From Narcine bancroftii (lineage: Eukaryota), in the NCBI RefSeq assembly GCF_036971445.1, contig NC_091475.1, positions 48,360,001-48,424,000 of the forward strand: DNA of 64,000 bases, given 5' to 3'. Positions 52,493 through 64,000 of this stretch are shown piece by piece. Under the pieces are notes generated by a model. It saw only the letters and a list, made by a program, of their open reading frames with translations. It was not told the DNA's origin and did not search any database. The first letter of the stretch is position 1. Each line of letters begins with the position of its first letter. A program made the translations under genes and the position numbers.

Positions 52493-54774
52493 AAAACCAA
52501 GGTAAATGGTAGGGCATTGAGGAGTGTGGTCAAATGGGGATCTGGAAATACAGATAATTAATTTCCTGAATGCAGCATCTTTGATAGGGTCATAAAGAAA
52601 GCTTTTGGCATATTGGCCTTCATCAATTATTGTGTATAGGAATTGGGATGTTATGGTAAAGTTGTGTAAGACATTAGTGAGGCCAAATTTGGAGTATTGT
52701 GTGATGTTTTGATCAACTAACTATAGGAAAGATATCAATAAGATTGAAAGAGTGCAGAGAAGATTTACTAGGATGTTGCTGGGACTTGCGGAACTGAGTT
52801 ACAAGGAAAGGTTAAACAAGTTAGGACTTTATTCCCTGGACCATAGAAGAATGAGGGGAGATTTGATAGAGGTGTGTAACATTATGAGGGGTATAGATAG
52901 AGTAAATGCAAGTAGGCTTTTTCCATTGAGGTTACGTGAGATACAAACCAAAGGACATGGTTAAGGGTAAAAGGGGCAAAGTGTACGGGGAACATTGGAA
53001 ATTTCTTCACACAGAGAGTGGTGGGAGCGTGGAATGAGCTGCCAGCTGAAGTGGTGAATGCAGGCTCAATTTTAACTTTTAAGAAAAATTTGGACAGGTA
53101 CATAGATGGAAGGGGTATGGAAGAATGTAGACTGGGTGCAGGTCAGTGGGACTAGGCAGAATAACAGTTCATCACAGACTAGAAGGGCCAAAGGACCTGT
53201 TTTCTGTACTGTTATGTTTAATGGTTCTCTGGAACCCTAGATGTCAAGCCAATCTTCTAATCATCAATCATCTGTACTATGGTTCTTGAATTAATTTAAT
53301 TTCACGGTCCTTTCTGATGTTTAAATTTTTTTCCTTAACCTGAACTTTATTTTTTAATATTCTCGAGACAATAACACTGAGCAGCTTTGATGGGCTATGA
53401 CGTAACCAGCTATCAACACTGTCCGAGAGAGTTGCCAACTGGTAAGACACTGCACAGCCCAGCTTTACTGATCAGCTCTGGGCCAGTCGCTTAGTGAAAT
53501 TTTACGTCTGGAGACTTGTATAAAGTAAGAGTGAGTTCAGCAGGTTGGCAACAACAGCTCAGAATCTGCCCCTCCAGCCAATTGAATTCTTGCTGACCAT
53601 CAAGCACCTATTTTCACCAGTCTCATTTCCATCAACAATCTCAGATTCTCCAACACAGCTGCACACTCGGGGTAATTTGCAGAGGACAATACACCGGAAA
53701 ACCTGCATGTCTTTGGGAACTGTGAAGAGACTGGAAGATATCTAGGCAGTCACAGAAAGTCTAAACTCTGCATCAAGACCACTAGTGGACAGAATTGAAC
53801 TTGAGGTGCTGGGGCTGTGGGGCAGCAACTCTCCAATTGTGCATCTGACTGCAAATGACAAGCAACCTAACAGAAGTTTTGAGTTATCATCCTCCACTTG
53901 GCTCATCGTGTGCAGCAGGAAGATAAGTTAAATCCCATTTTTTTAAAAATTCCATAAAGGGAAATGAGACTTAACAAGCCTTTTTAATTTTCATCTTTCT
54001 TCATTTTGTTTCAAAAACTTAGTATAGAACTTAAAATATCCTAGTTCTCTACAAGGTAAAGGATATTTCCTTTTTGACATGAAACAGTATGACTTCTTTG
54101 TACTGCTAAAAAATAGTTGTACTTTTCCTGTCCGTTTATAGTCAGAACTCTGGTCTGCTTGGTGAAGTGGTTTGAATATAAACAAATTATTTTACTGAGT
54201 GAAATTTGAAGGATCACAGATGCCTTCTGAATGCTAGACATCATAAAATAACATGATCTAATTGGTTTCCTTCACTTTTATTAATATCTTTGTTAATATG
54301 ACAAACATTGCATGAAATTTGCTGGACATAAGACTATATAACAAGTGGACAGCTTGTGCCATTAGATCCAACTTACTGGAAGGTTGTACTGTATAAGCCC
54401 CACAGTAAATGCTGGAGGAACTCAAGCAACCATACATGGCCAACCGTCTATTGTGCACTCCCACCCTGATCCTGGCAGCCTACAGGACTGAGGCTCCAAT
54501 GCAAACTCAAGTTCCTCCAGCATTAACTGTGTGTTTTTACTACAATTACAGCATCTGCAGGCTGCCATGTTTCATGGTACTGTATGAGGGACAGATTGAG
54601 TATTCAAAGAGAGCTCATGATGGAAGATGTGATGGATGTCTTCAGCAGCACTGATGTAAATTACTTTTTTCCTTGCTTCCCAAAAAACAAATATCATTTT
54701 CTTTATCACATTTTCATAAATTTGTGCCCCTCATGTATCTGTGGTTGCATATTAAATATTTCTTTGAACAGATT

Positions 54775-55012
54775 AAATTTTAAATCCAGACGTACAGCAC
54801 GATAACAGGCCACTTTGGCCCATGAGTTCATGTCACCAAATTTACATCCCATTAACCTACACCCCCAATACGTTTTGAACGGTGGGAGGAAACCAGAACC
54901 CCCGGAGAAAATCTATGCAGACACAGGGAGAATGTACCAACTCCTTACAGCATGGGATCTGAATCCCAGTCTGGTCCCAATTGCTGGTGTTTTAAAGGCA
55001 TTTCATTAACCA
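54775..55012 (-). mobile_element. tRNA-derived SINE copy
   Basis: Same family as 720-1240 and 60150-60395. Confidence 0.7.
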
Positions 55013-56629
55013 TGATTAGATTGAACTAAGTCATTTAATGTGAAGTAATCTTTAATATTTGCCCTTTGCTTTTATTTAGTATTATATAATAAATGGATGA
55101 TGGAATCTTGCATTCTCACCTCTCACAATACCTCCCTGGCTTTTATTGCTTCCAGCCTCTTGGCCTTACCTGGGCCAGTGTGGTGAGAAGGCTATGCTTG
55201 TGGCCATGCATAAAATAATTGCTGGTTCACGACACGGTGCTCACCCTCCAGATGAGAGCACAGACAGAGAAAGCAGTCATGAATATTGCCTAGAAGCAGA
55301 TGATTTAACAAGTTTGGGAAATTGACACACATGTGGAGAGTTGGGATGACTAAATGAGAAAAACATTTTGGAGTGGTATAGGGTAAAGCATCTGAGTACC
55401 TGGAGATATGGAAAACCTAAGGACATGATGAGAACAGAGAAGAAAAAAGATTATGGACAAATGTAATGTTTTGCAGAGAAGGAAAAACACTTTAAAGTAT
55501 AGGACTTTATAGGGAGAAGAAATAGTCATACAAAAAGCATCTTCTCAGGTGGCATGGAGTAGGAGCAGTGCCACATAGTGGAGGAGACTGAGATTGGGAT
55601 CAGCAACATGCAGCCTTGCAGGTCGATCAAAGTCAAAGCAATATTAAATGAAAGAAAAAAAAAGGAAGCCTGGAAGGGAGAAAATATCTTCGAATTTAAA
55701 ATCTTGAAATTAAAAATTAATTGAAAGGTCTTTGAATTTGAAGCAAAGGCCTCTTTGAGCTAAGGAAATAAATTATGGGCTGGTAGAGATGGTGGGAAGC
55801 AATCCTGTCTAAATCTGAAAGGAATGAAAATATAAATATTGTCACAGAAATACATTAACAAGATGATAAATAACATTCTTCTGTTAAATTGATTGGGTGA
55901 AAATGTTGTCTTTATTCATTGTAAAATACAAGAGAATACAATGGATGCTTTCTTAAATCTCTCCCCCCCCCCCCCCCCAACCCCACTTCCAAAGTTATTG
56001 AAGTGTCGAATTTCCCAAGATTAAATTTACCTTGTTCTACTTTTAAGCTTTCAAGGCAGTTGCAACTTTTCACAGATCAACAGTGAATGGAAGCACTGCT
56101 AAGAATCCCAGAACTAATTTGACTTGTGTAAGTTTTGCTATTTGCTTGGGATTGGGATCAGGAACCCAGACAGGTGATGCTGCAGAGTTCCAGCTGCTCA
56201 GGTTCAATGGGGCGCCCTTGGGTGCTGCCTGGGCAGGGTTTGTATATTGCCCTTTCCCCCTGTAACCACCAGTACTTCAATTTCCACCAGCATTTCAAGG
56301 ATAATTTACAGTAGCTCATTAATCTTGATCTACATGGGTGGCATACAGACGATGATATAGGGGTGTGAGGATGGATTTACAGGGGGGGGGGGGCGTGGGA
56401 TTGATAGGAGTGCTCTGAATGGGTAGCATTGATGGGCTGAATGGCCTTCTTCGCGTATGAAATGACGGGTTTGAGGACTGCCTGAGCTCATGTTCTTACT
56501 CCCCATTCTTCTCAAAAAGTCATCTGCTCCACTGGAAGATTTTTCAATCACTCAACATCAAAGTGGGCTAGTGTTACCATGCTGCCATTCACCGGGAAAG
56601 GGCCACGGGGGTTGACTGCAGGCATTTTA

Positions 56630-56791
56630 GTTCCAGACCGACTCTCCCTTGGCTTTAAAGCCACGTCGCTGCCGGCGGGTCCCGGACCTTCCCTCGCGCC
56701 CCTTGGTTCCCGGGGAGCGGAGCGAGTGGGACCAGCGGTGTCACATCGTGGATTCCCCCGTTCTCCTCGGACCAGCCCCGGCGAGCGGGAG
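56630..56791 (+). promoter_or_regulatory. Small CpG island with probable non-coding exon 1 of GTPBP8
   Basis: CpG-rich patch ending in a strong donor GAG|GTGAGT (56791/56792), about 1.5 kb upstream of the acceptor at 58331. Confidence 0.6.
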
Positions 56792-56879
56792 GTGAGTCCA
56801 GCCCAGGGAGCCGAATGGAGCAGTAGCCCAACCTCACCCCTCCCACCTTCGCCCGCTAGCCCCCCGCCCTCCTCACTTC

Positions 56880-57530
56880 CCACCGCCCGCTCCCCTCCCT
56901 CCTCCTCTGCCCCTTCCCCTTCTCACCTCCCCACCCTCCTCCCCTCCCTCCTCCCCTCCCTCCTCCCCTCCCTCCTCCTCCTACACCCCTTCATCCACCG
57001 TCATAACCCTAACCCGCTCCCCTCCCCCTCGCCACCCTCCACACCTCCCCACCCCGCTCCCCTCCCTCCTCCTCCTCTGCCCCTTCCCTTCCCCCTCCCT
57101 CCCCAACCCGCTCCCCTCCCTCCCTCCTCCTATCCCTCACCACCTTTCTCTGCATTCTCTCCTCCCATTTCCCACCCCTTCTCCACCTCCTATCCACCAT
57201 CATAACCCCATCCCGCTCCCCTCCCTCCCTCCTCCTCTGCCCCTTCCCCTTGCCATCCTCCTCACCTCCCCACCTGCTCCCCTCCCTCCTCCTCCTATCC
57301 CTCGCCACCTTTCTCTGCATTCTCACCTCCCTCTTCCCTCCCCTCCATCCACCGTCATAACCCCAACCTGCTTCCCTCCTCCTCTGCCCCTTCCCCTCCC
57401 TCCTTCCCCTCCTCACCTCCCCACCCTCCTCCTCCTCCACCCCTTCATCCACCGTCATAACCCTAACCCGCTCCCCTCCCTCCTCCGCTGCCTTCTCCCC
57501 TCCTCTTCTACCTCCCTCCTCTACTCCTTC
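56880..57530. repeat. C-rich low-complexity degenerate tandem region
   Basis: Nearly G-free plus strand with recurring ccaccgtcataacccc/taacccgctcccctccc and cctcctctgccccttcccct blocks. Confidence 0.85.
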
Positions 57531-57826
57531 CCCTCCCCACTTTGCCCGCTTTCCCCTCCCCACTTTGCCCGCTTTCCCCTCCCCACTTTGCCCGCTTTCC
57601 CCTCCCCACTTTGCCCGCTTTCCCCTCCCCACTTTGCCCGCTTTCCCCTCCCCACTTTGCCCGCTTTCCCCTCCCCACTTTGCCCGCTGTCCCCTCCCCA
57701 CTTTGCCCGCTGTCCCCTCCCCACTTTGCCCGCTGTCCCCTCCCCACTTTGCCCGCTGTCCCCTCCCCACTTTGCCCGCTGTCCCCTCCCCACTTTGCCC
57801 GCTGTCCCCTCCCCACTTTGCCCACT
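57531..57826. repeat. 23-bp minisatellite, about 13 units, CCCTCCCCACTTTGCCCGCT(T/G)TC
   Basis: Direct reading. The first six units carry T and later units carry G at the variable position. Confidence 0.95.
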
Positions 57827-58351
57827 GCCCCCTTCCCCTTCTCCTTCGTTGTTAACTATTATGTAGACCACACATTAGTAGATTTCTGCACTGTGGTTGC
57901 ATCTTCATCACAGTAAGTTGAGAAGGAATCACTAAGCTGGACAGGGAGCACAAATGAAGAGAGAAATAGCTATTTTTCAAGTTGATGACCTTTTATCAGA
58001 ACTCACTTCTGATGAGAAGTGTAAAACTTTAACTCTGATTTTCTCTCTCTCTGTAAATGTTGCCTGTCGTGCCAATTATTTCCAGCATGTTCTGTTTCTG
58101 TGGTTGAAATTTTCATTATCAACTTTATTTTTCATTTGTGGAAGCTGTCTTTGTTCCATTCACTTTCAAAGTATAGAGTTTGTTGAATTAAGTAATTCCA
58201 GAATCAAATGACTCCTGAGTTTGCAGTAAAAACTTGCTTTAGCTCATACTCTATGAACCTTGCCTTTGAGCTTTTAGTCTATTGAATGGTACCCATTTCT
58301 TTTTACTGTGACTTCCAATTCTCCCTTTCAGGTTTCTTTCATATTAATAAT

Positions 58352-58717
58352 ATGATGGGAAGAGTGGTGACAATGCGAACACATTTGTCATGCTTGGCAC
58401 AATTGTTAAAAGGAAACATGGCACAGGAGAGAGCAATTTCAGTATGTCTGGCCCATGGAAACACACACAAACTATCTTCTATCCATGCAACTTCAAAACT
58501 TAGCACAAAGAAACTCAAGAGTTTTGTTTTTCCATTCAAAGACTTGGAGCCATACTTAGTTAAGAACACAAATAAAGTGAACTTTGAAATATTTGCTCCA
58601 AGTTTTGAGGATATTGCTGCAGCAGAACAATTCTTCACACCTTCAAGAAAGCATATCATAGATTATTTCACCTCTGCTATAAGAATTGGACATGCACCAG
58701 TGACGTCTCTACCAGAG
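58352..58717 (+). CDS. GTPBP8: GTP-binding protein 8 (EngB/YihA family), first coding exon (exon starts 58332)
   Basis: Acceptor ctccctttcag, ATG at 58352/58355, basic N-terminus, then FAPSFEDIAAAEQFFTPS..HIIDYFTSAIRIGHAP..SLPE and donor GTTAGT. Joins in frame to the P-loop exon. Confidence 0.85.
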
Positions 58718-59133
58718 GTTAGTGCTGCTTTTCTCATTGCTTATCAAATGTTGTATATGGCCATGAAGTAACAACCAGGAATTCTATTCCTTTCTAAATC
58801 CAAAACACTGATGAGTTCTTAGTGGCAAACACTGGTAAATCCCAGCCATATGTGCTGCCTGAGTTTGACTTCCACGGGAAATGTAATTTTGTGGAAATAT
58901 CTTTTCACGTTCGTGTACCATTTTCTCTTGGTGTTTCAGTTAGTGCCAACTTTGAAACGATTTTTCCAAAATGGTGAGTTATTGAGAGATGGATAGAATG
59001 ATTTGAACCCCTTATAAACCCTTAATTACAAAGCAAAGGTGTGATCTCCAAATCAATAGATTGGAATTTACAATTTCAAGTCTCTGGTTTATGCTCTACT
59101 ATCTCAAATTTAATACCTTTTTTTTAATTTTAG

Positions 59134-59250
<117 letters not shown>

Positions 59251-60149
59251 TAAAAATTACACTTATTTTGTTTCAGATGGTACACAAATTGTGCTCATGC
59301 TACAGATGCCGAACTGTCTTGGCTACCTGTGATGAATGCATTAATTTCATAACTTCCAAATTAAGTTGCAATCTCAGGTTCTTTGCACCTCCCTTCTATT
59401 GCACCTTCTTCCCTATCATATAAATGCTAATAGGCTGGGAATTCTGTGCAGGGAAAAGTGCATTAAACTAGCACTGTGCAGGGAGCAAGCACTAATTTTT
59501 GCAAAGCCATTGATTTGTGAGGCCCAAGACATGTGCAAAAGAATGGGGCTTGTGTGCTTTATGAAAACAGAGTCTCACCATCCTCTATGGATGGTGAGGA
59601 AATAACATTGTTTGATGTCGGTCAAACCTGGAGCTGGTAGGGTTGCGAGATGGTGGAAGGTACATTAGGGGGACAAGAGATGAGTCATATTGTTGTATAA
59701 TTGAACAAAATGATCCCACATAATTATTGGAGGGATTAAGGAGGGTGAAGGGTGGATACTTGACAGATGTGTGAACAGAATTTCAATGGACATCAGGAAG
59801 AAATGGAAAATGATGGAAGTTAACAATGAAATTATTTGCAAGACTACAAAATGTTTTTATCCTATGGTGGTAGACTAGGTAAGAAAATAAATGACCAGAA
59901 AAAATTCTTGGCCATTTGAGAATGACCAAGAAATTTGTTAGGTCATATCTTTTCAAATCCTTGTTAATGGTTGGTGGCCTCCATGTACATGAAACACATG
60001 AATACGAAAGAATACTCTGCAAATGAACCAGGCTACGTTTAGCACTTCGATTTGGGGTAAAATATGCTTGCGCTGCACGCAGAGATGTTAGAATATATCT
60101 TCTGCTAAAAATGTTGTCATTAAGTCAGTCTCTTTTTTTAAATAAAATT

Positions 60150-60395
60150 TTTAATTTGGACATACAGTACGGTAACAGGCCATTTTGGCCCATGAGCCAG
60201 TGCTCCCCATTTTATACCCAATTAACCTACAGCCCCGGTACATTTTGAAGGGTGGGAGGAAACCGGAGCCCCCAGGGAAAACCCACACAGACACGGGGAG
60301 AATGTACAAACTCCTACAGACAGCATGAGATTTGAAGCCCGCTCCCAATCACTGGTGGTCTAAAGGCGTTGTACTAACTGCTAAATCAACCATGC
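60150..60395 (-). mobile_element. tRNA-derived SINE copy
   Basis: Same family as 720-1240 and 54775-55012. Confidence 0.7.
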
Positions 60396-60477
60396 TCTTG
60401 ATATATTATATTGGATCAGGTGTCAGATCCTCTAAATTTTGCTTCTCCGAGCCAATATTTTCTCGCAATATTGCTGT

Positions 60478-60765
60478 TGTAGCGGCGGCTACACTGCTCC
60501 TGCAATAACACACACAACCAGACGGGTTGAGCTCGGTGAGCAGACTAGTTTATTGCAGGCTGTTGGGCTGCACTTATACTCCCAGCCTGGACCTGGCTAA
60601 GAACCGCACTGGAGGGCTCTGACGTCACCTGGGCGTCACGTGGTCCCCCAGCGCCGGTTTCCGAGCCTGTGCTAGAAAGAAAGGAAAACCCAGATGGTGC
60701 CATTTTGTCCGGATGCCCCACAGCATGTCTTACAAGTGGGGCCGGTTCGCCTGCCTTGTGGTGAG
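60478..60765 (-). repeat. 3' LTR of the Gypsy element
   Basis: Follows a polypurine tract (GGAGGGGG, ~60765-60773). Contains minus-strand TATAA (~60573) and AATAAA (60549-60554) and ends ...GCTACA at 60478. Confidence 0.65.
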
Positions 60766-63700
60766 CCCCCTCCAGAACCGGCGCCAATGTCTTTTTTTGC
60801 CGGGCGGCCTCGCTTCTTGGGCTGGACAACGACCACGGGCTCGGTGGGATTGAGGTGGGCTGGCTTCAGCCTGTCCATGGTAAACAGCTCCTGCCTGCCC
60901 CCCATGTCCAGCGTGAACGTCTAGCTGGAACGCTGTACAACCCTGTATGGCCCCTCATACGGTCACTGCAGAGATGCCATGGTCGGGCCCTGCCGAACGA
61001 AAACTTACTCCGCGGAAAGCAGTTCGCTGGGAACGTGAGACAGGCGGGTACCATGCCTGGGCGGCGGTGGGGGTTCGAAAGAGTCCAAGCCTGCCCTGAG
61101 GTGAGGAAGTAGTTCATGTGGCGACTGCTGGGGATTGTGAGGTGTGTTGACGAACTCACCAGGTAGTGACAGCGGCGCACCGTAGACCAGCTCAGCTGAT
61201 GACGCCTGCAGATCTTCGCTGGGAGTGGAACGGATACCCAGGAGCACCCAAGGCAGTTCGTCCTTCCAGTTGGGACCGGTGAGGCCGGGCCATGAGCGCT
61301 AACTTAAGGTGCAGACGTTCGACCAGTCCATTGGCCTGCGGGTGGTAGGCCATGGTGCGGTGTAGCTGGATCCCCAACCTGTTGGCGAGTTGTGCCCAGA
61401 GCGCAGACGTGAACTGGGCGCCCCGATCGCTGGTGAGGTGAGCCAGGAGGCCAAACAGGGCGACCCAACCATCCCAACAGTGCTCGAGTGCAGGAGTCGG
61501 TGGAGGTGTCTGGCATCGGGATCACCTCAGGCCAGTGAGTGATGCGGTCCACCACCGTAAACAGGTAACGGTTGCCCTGGGAATCGGGTAAGGACCCGAC
61601 GATGTCCACGTGCATGTGGCTGAACCATTCCCGGACGTGCTCGAACTCCTTTGCGGGCGCCCTGGTGTGCCTGTGCACCTTGGATGTCTGGCCATGGGTG
61701 CATGTTCTGGCCCAGCCCGCGATCTGCTTCCGCAGCCCATGCCATATGAACCGTTCTGCCACTATCCGGACAGTGGACCTGATGGACGTATGTGAAAGGT
61801 CATGGATGTGACGGAAGACCTGCCTGCACCACTGCTGGAACCACTGGCCCAAGGAGATATCGCACAGGATGGTGCCTTCGCTGCTCGGAGTTGGGAGGTC
61901 TCGGAACCACGGGCCGGTGATGGCGGTCTTGAAGGCCCTTGTCTCTTCATCAGCTGCCTGGTCCCAGGCGAACTGGTCAAAGTCGAGGCCGGGCGTCACC
62001 ACGCAGATGGCCAGTCGCGAGAGTGCATCGGCAACCACATTGTCCTTCTCCGCCTTGTGCCGAATATTGGCGGTAAACTCCGACACAAAGGAGAGGTGAC
62101 ACTGCTGGCGGGCCAACCAGGGATCCTTTGCCATCGCAAGCGCCTGGGTGAGGGGTCTGTGGTCAGTGAAAATGGTAAAAGTCCTCCCCTCCAAAAAATA
62201 GCTGAAATGCCACACTGCAAGGAACATGCCCAGTAACTTGCGGTCGAAGGCACTATACTTGCGTTCCGGTGGGCGGAGCAGACGGCTGAAGAATGCCAGC
62301 GGCTTCCAATGTCCATTCACCTGCTGCTCCAGGTCAGCACAGACGGCTGTGGCAGAGGTATCGACAGAGAGTGCCATATTCAGGCCGGTGTGCGGGTGGG
62401 CGAGCATGGCGGCCTTCGCGAGGGCCTCCTTGGTGGCCTTGAATGCAGTGCAGGCTTTTGGGTTCCAAGTGAGTGTCTTGTGCTTGGCTGCGATGAAGGC
62501 GAACAGCGGCTGCATGATGTGCGCAGCTCCCGGGATGAAGCGGTTGTAAAAGTTTACCATACCCACAAACTCCTGCAGCCCCTTGAGGCTGTCCGGGCGT
62601 GGGAACTCCCTGATAGCGGCAACCATCACAGCGGCGGGCGTGGGTTCTTCGCCGTGATGGTATGGCCCAGGAACTGCATAGACTCTTTCCCGAACTGGCG
62701 CTTAGCCGGGTTGATTGCAAGGCCGAAGTCGGCCAGCAAGGAGTTGCGCCCGGTCCTTGCTGGCGACGAGGATGTCGTCCAAATAAATAAAGACGAAATC
62801 CAAGTCCCTGCCCACAGACTCCATGGGGCACTGGAAGGTCTGACCGACGTTCTTGAGCCCGAATGGCATGCGCAGGAATTTGAACAAGCCAAAGGGGGTG
62901 ATGATGGCCGTCTTGGGTATGTCTTCAGGGTGCACCGGGATCTGGTGATATCCACGCACCAGGTCAACCTTGGAGAAGACCCTCGCGCCGTGCAGGTTAG
63001 CCATCCTGGATGTGAGGGATGGGGTAACAGTCAGGAACTGTTGCCTCATTGAGCCGTCGATAGTCTCCACAGGGATGCCAGCCGCCGGAGGCTTTCGGGA
63101 CCAGGTGGAGCGGTGAGGCCCACGGGCTGTCGGACCGCCGAATGATCCCCAGCTTTAGCAGGTACGAAAACTCCTCCTTCGCTACCTGGATCTTGTCAGG
63201 CGGGAGCCGGCGTGCCTTGGCGTGAACCGGTGGGCCCTGAGTGGGGATGTGGTGGAACACTCTGTGGCGTGGCGAGGCAGTGGAGAACTGTGGCTTGAGG
63301 AGTGTCGGGAACTCATCCAGGATGCGCTGGAACTCGTCTTTGGGCATGCTGATCGTGGCCATCTGCGGTTGCTCAGAGCAGGAGGTGTCGAGGCAAACGA
63401 CCTGGAAGGTACAGGCGTCCACCAAGCGCCTACCTCGAATGTCCTCCAGAAGCCCGTGTGCGAGGAGGAAGTCTGCACCCAGGATGGCAGTCAGGAGGGA
63501 CGAGACGGCGAAATTCTGTTGGCCAATCTGGAAGTGGACTGTCTTGTCTCCATACATCCGGATTGCCGTTGCGTTGGCCATATGGAGGGGAGGTCCACGA
63601 GGTCGGTTCCTGGATTCGATGGCCGTGGCCGGGATGACGCTGATCTGGGCTCCAGTGTCAATGAGTAACCGCCGGCCGCTGGCTGAGTCCTGCAGGTAGA

Positions 63701-64000
63701 GAAGGCTGTGTCCTTGGCCAGCCACTGCAGCCATTAATAGCAGCCAGCCTGGTCGTTTCCCTGGAACGAGCAAGGCTGACGACACTTCTGAGCCTTGGCT
63801 CCCCAGCCCTGGTTGTAGAAGCGGAGGCCTGAAGCGGATGCTGTGGCCTGGTTATGCTCTTGGAGGCCTCTGCAGGGGCAGGTTGCTCTACCGCAGCGCT
63901 AGGGGCGGGCTTGGGGTGGTCGTGCCCGTGCCTCATGACCTGCTGGACCACTGAGCCTTCCAAGAATCGTGCGAGCCATAGCTCTTGGGCATTTTGGGTG
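60478..64000 (-). mobile_element. Ty3/Gypsy LTR retrotransposon (gag end, PR-RT-RNaseH-IN, 3' LTR), frameshifted; continues beyond the window
   Basis: LLIDTGAQ (protease), [27 protein letters not shown] (RT), FTDHRPL/NVVADALSR (RNase H), HVDIVG and AYHPQANGLVERLH (integrase). Integrase after RNase H is the Gypsy order. Confidence 0.93.

Larger units (their letters stand above)
49425..53230 (+). mobile_element. Degenerate CR1 LINE with two nested insertions
   Basis: GSSDHN, VPENWRV..IV.LFKKG, WKPVTSDVPQ, FADDMKIGG, QRRFTRML.GL.ELSYKERL. Confidence 0.8.

Noticed and set aside
57003-57015. TAACCCTAACCC as an interstitial telomere
   Set aside because: Only two units, embedded in a C-rich degenerate repeat.
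56548-57916. Pro-rich and Gly/Arg-rich ORFs
   Set aside because: Artefacts of C-rich low-complexity sequence and a 23-bp repeat inside an intron.
60300-60395. tRNA-like A/B-box sequence here and at about 1170-1240 and 50717-50782
   Set aside because: Degenerate SINE heads; no complete cloverleaf.

Overview
Vertebrate genomic DNA, not prokaryotic. The repeat mix (L1, RTE, CR1, Rex1/Babar-like, Penelope, tRNA-derived SINEs, Gypsy) suggests a cartilaginous fish; this is inference. Host genes: the last coding exon of CNKSR2 (+, ends ...[10 protein letters not shown]), intronless KLHL34 (-), a complete compact SMPX (-, three coding exons, 83 aa, not recovered as one ORF by the supplied track) and the 5' part of GTPBP8 (+). 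Mobile DNA: a full-length but inactivated L1 with a nested RTE fragment, a degenerate Penelope element and several Penelope-derived termini carrying minimal hammerhead-ribozyme-like motifs, a FLYWCH-MULE (Mutator-like) transposase relic, solo LTRs, nested CR1/Rex1 fragments and a Gypsy element running off the right edge. The least explained signal is a small gene-like unit head-to-head with KLHL34: TATA box, ATG, one in-frame TAA, about 20 copies of an 18-bp frame-preserving repeat, stop, AATAAA. Protein identities come from recalled motifs, not database searches. Boundaries of old repeats are approximate.
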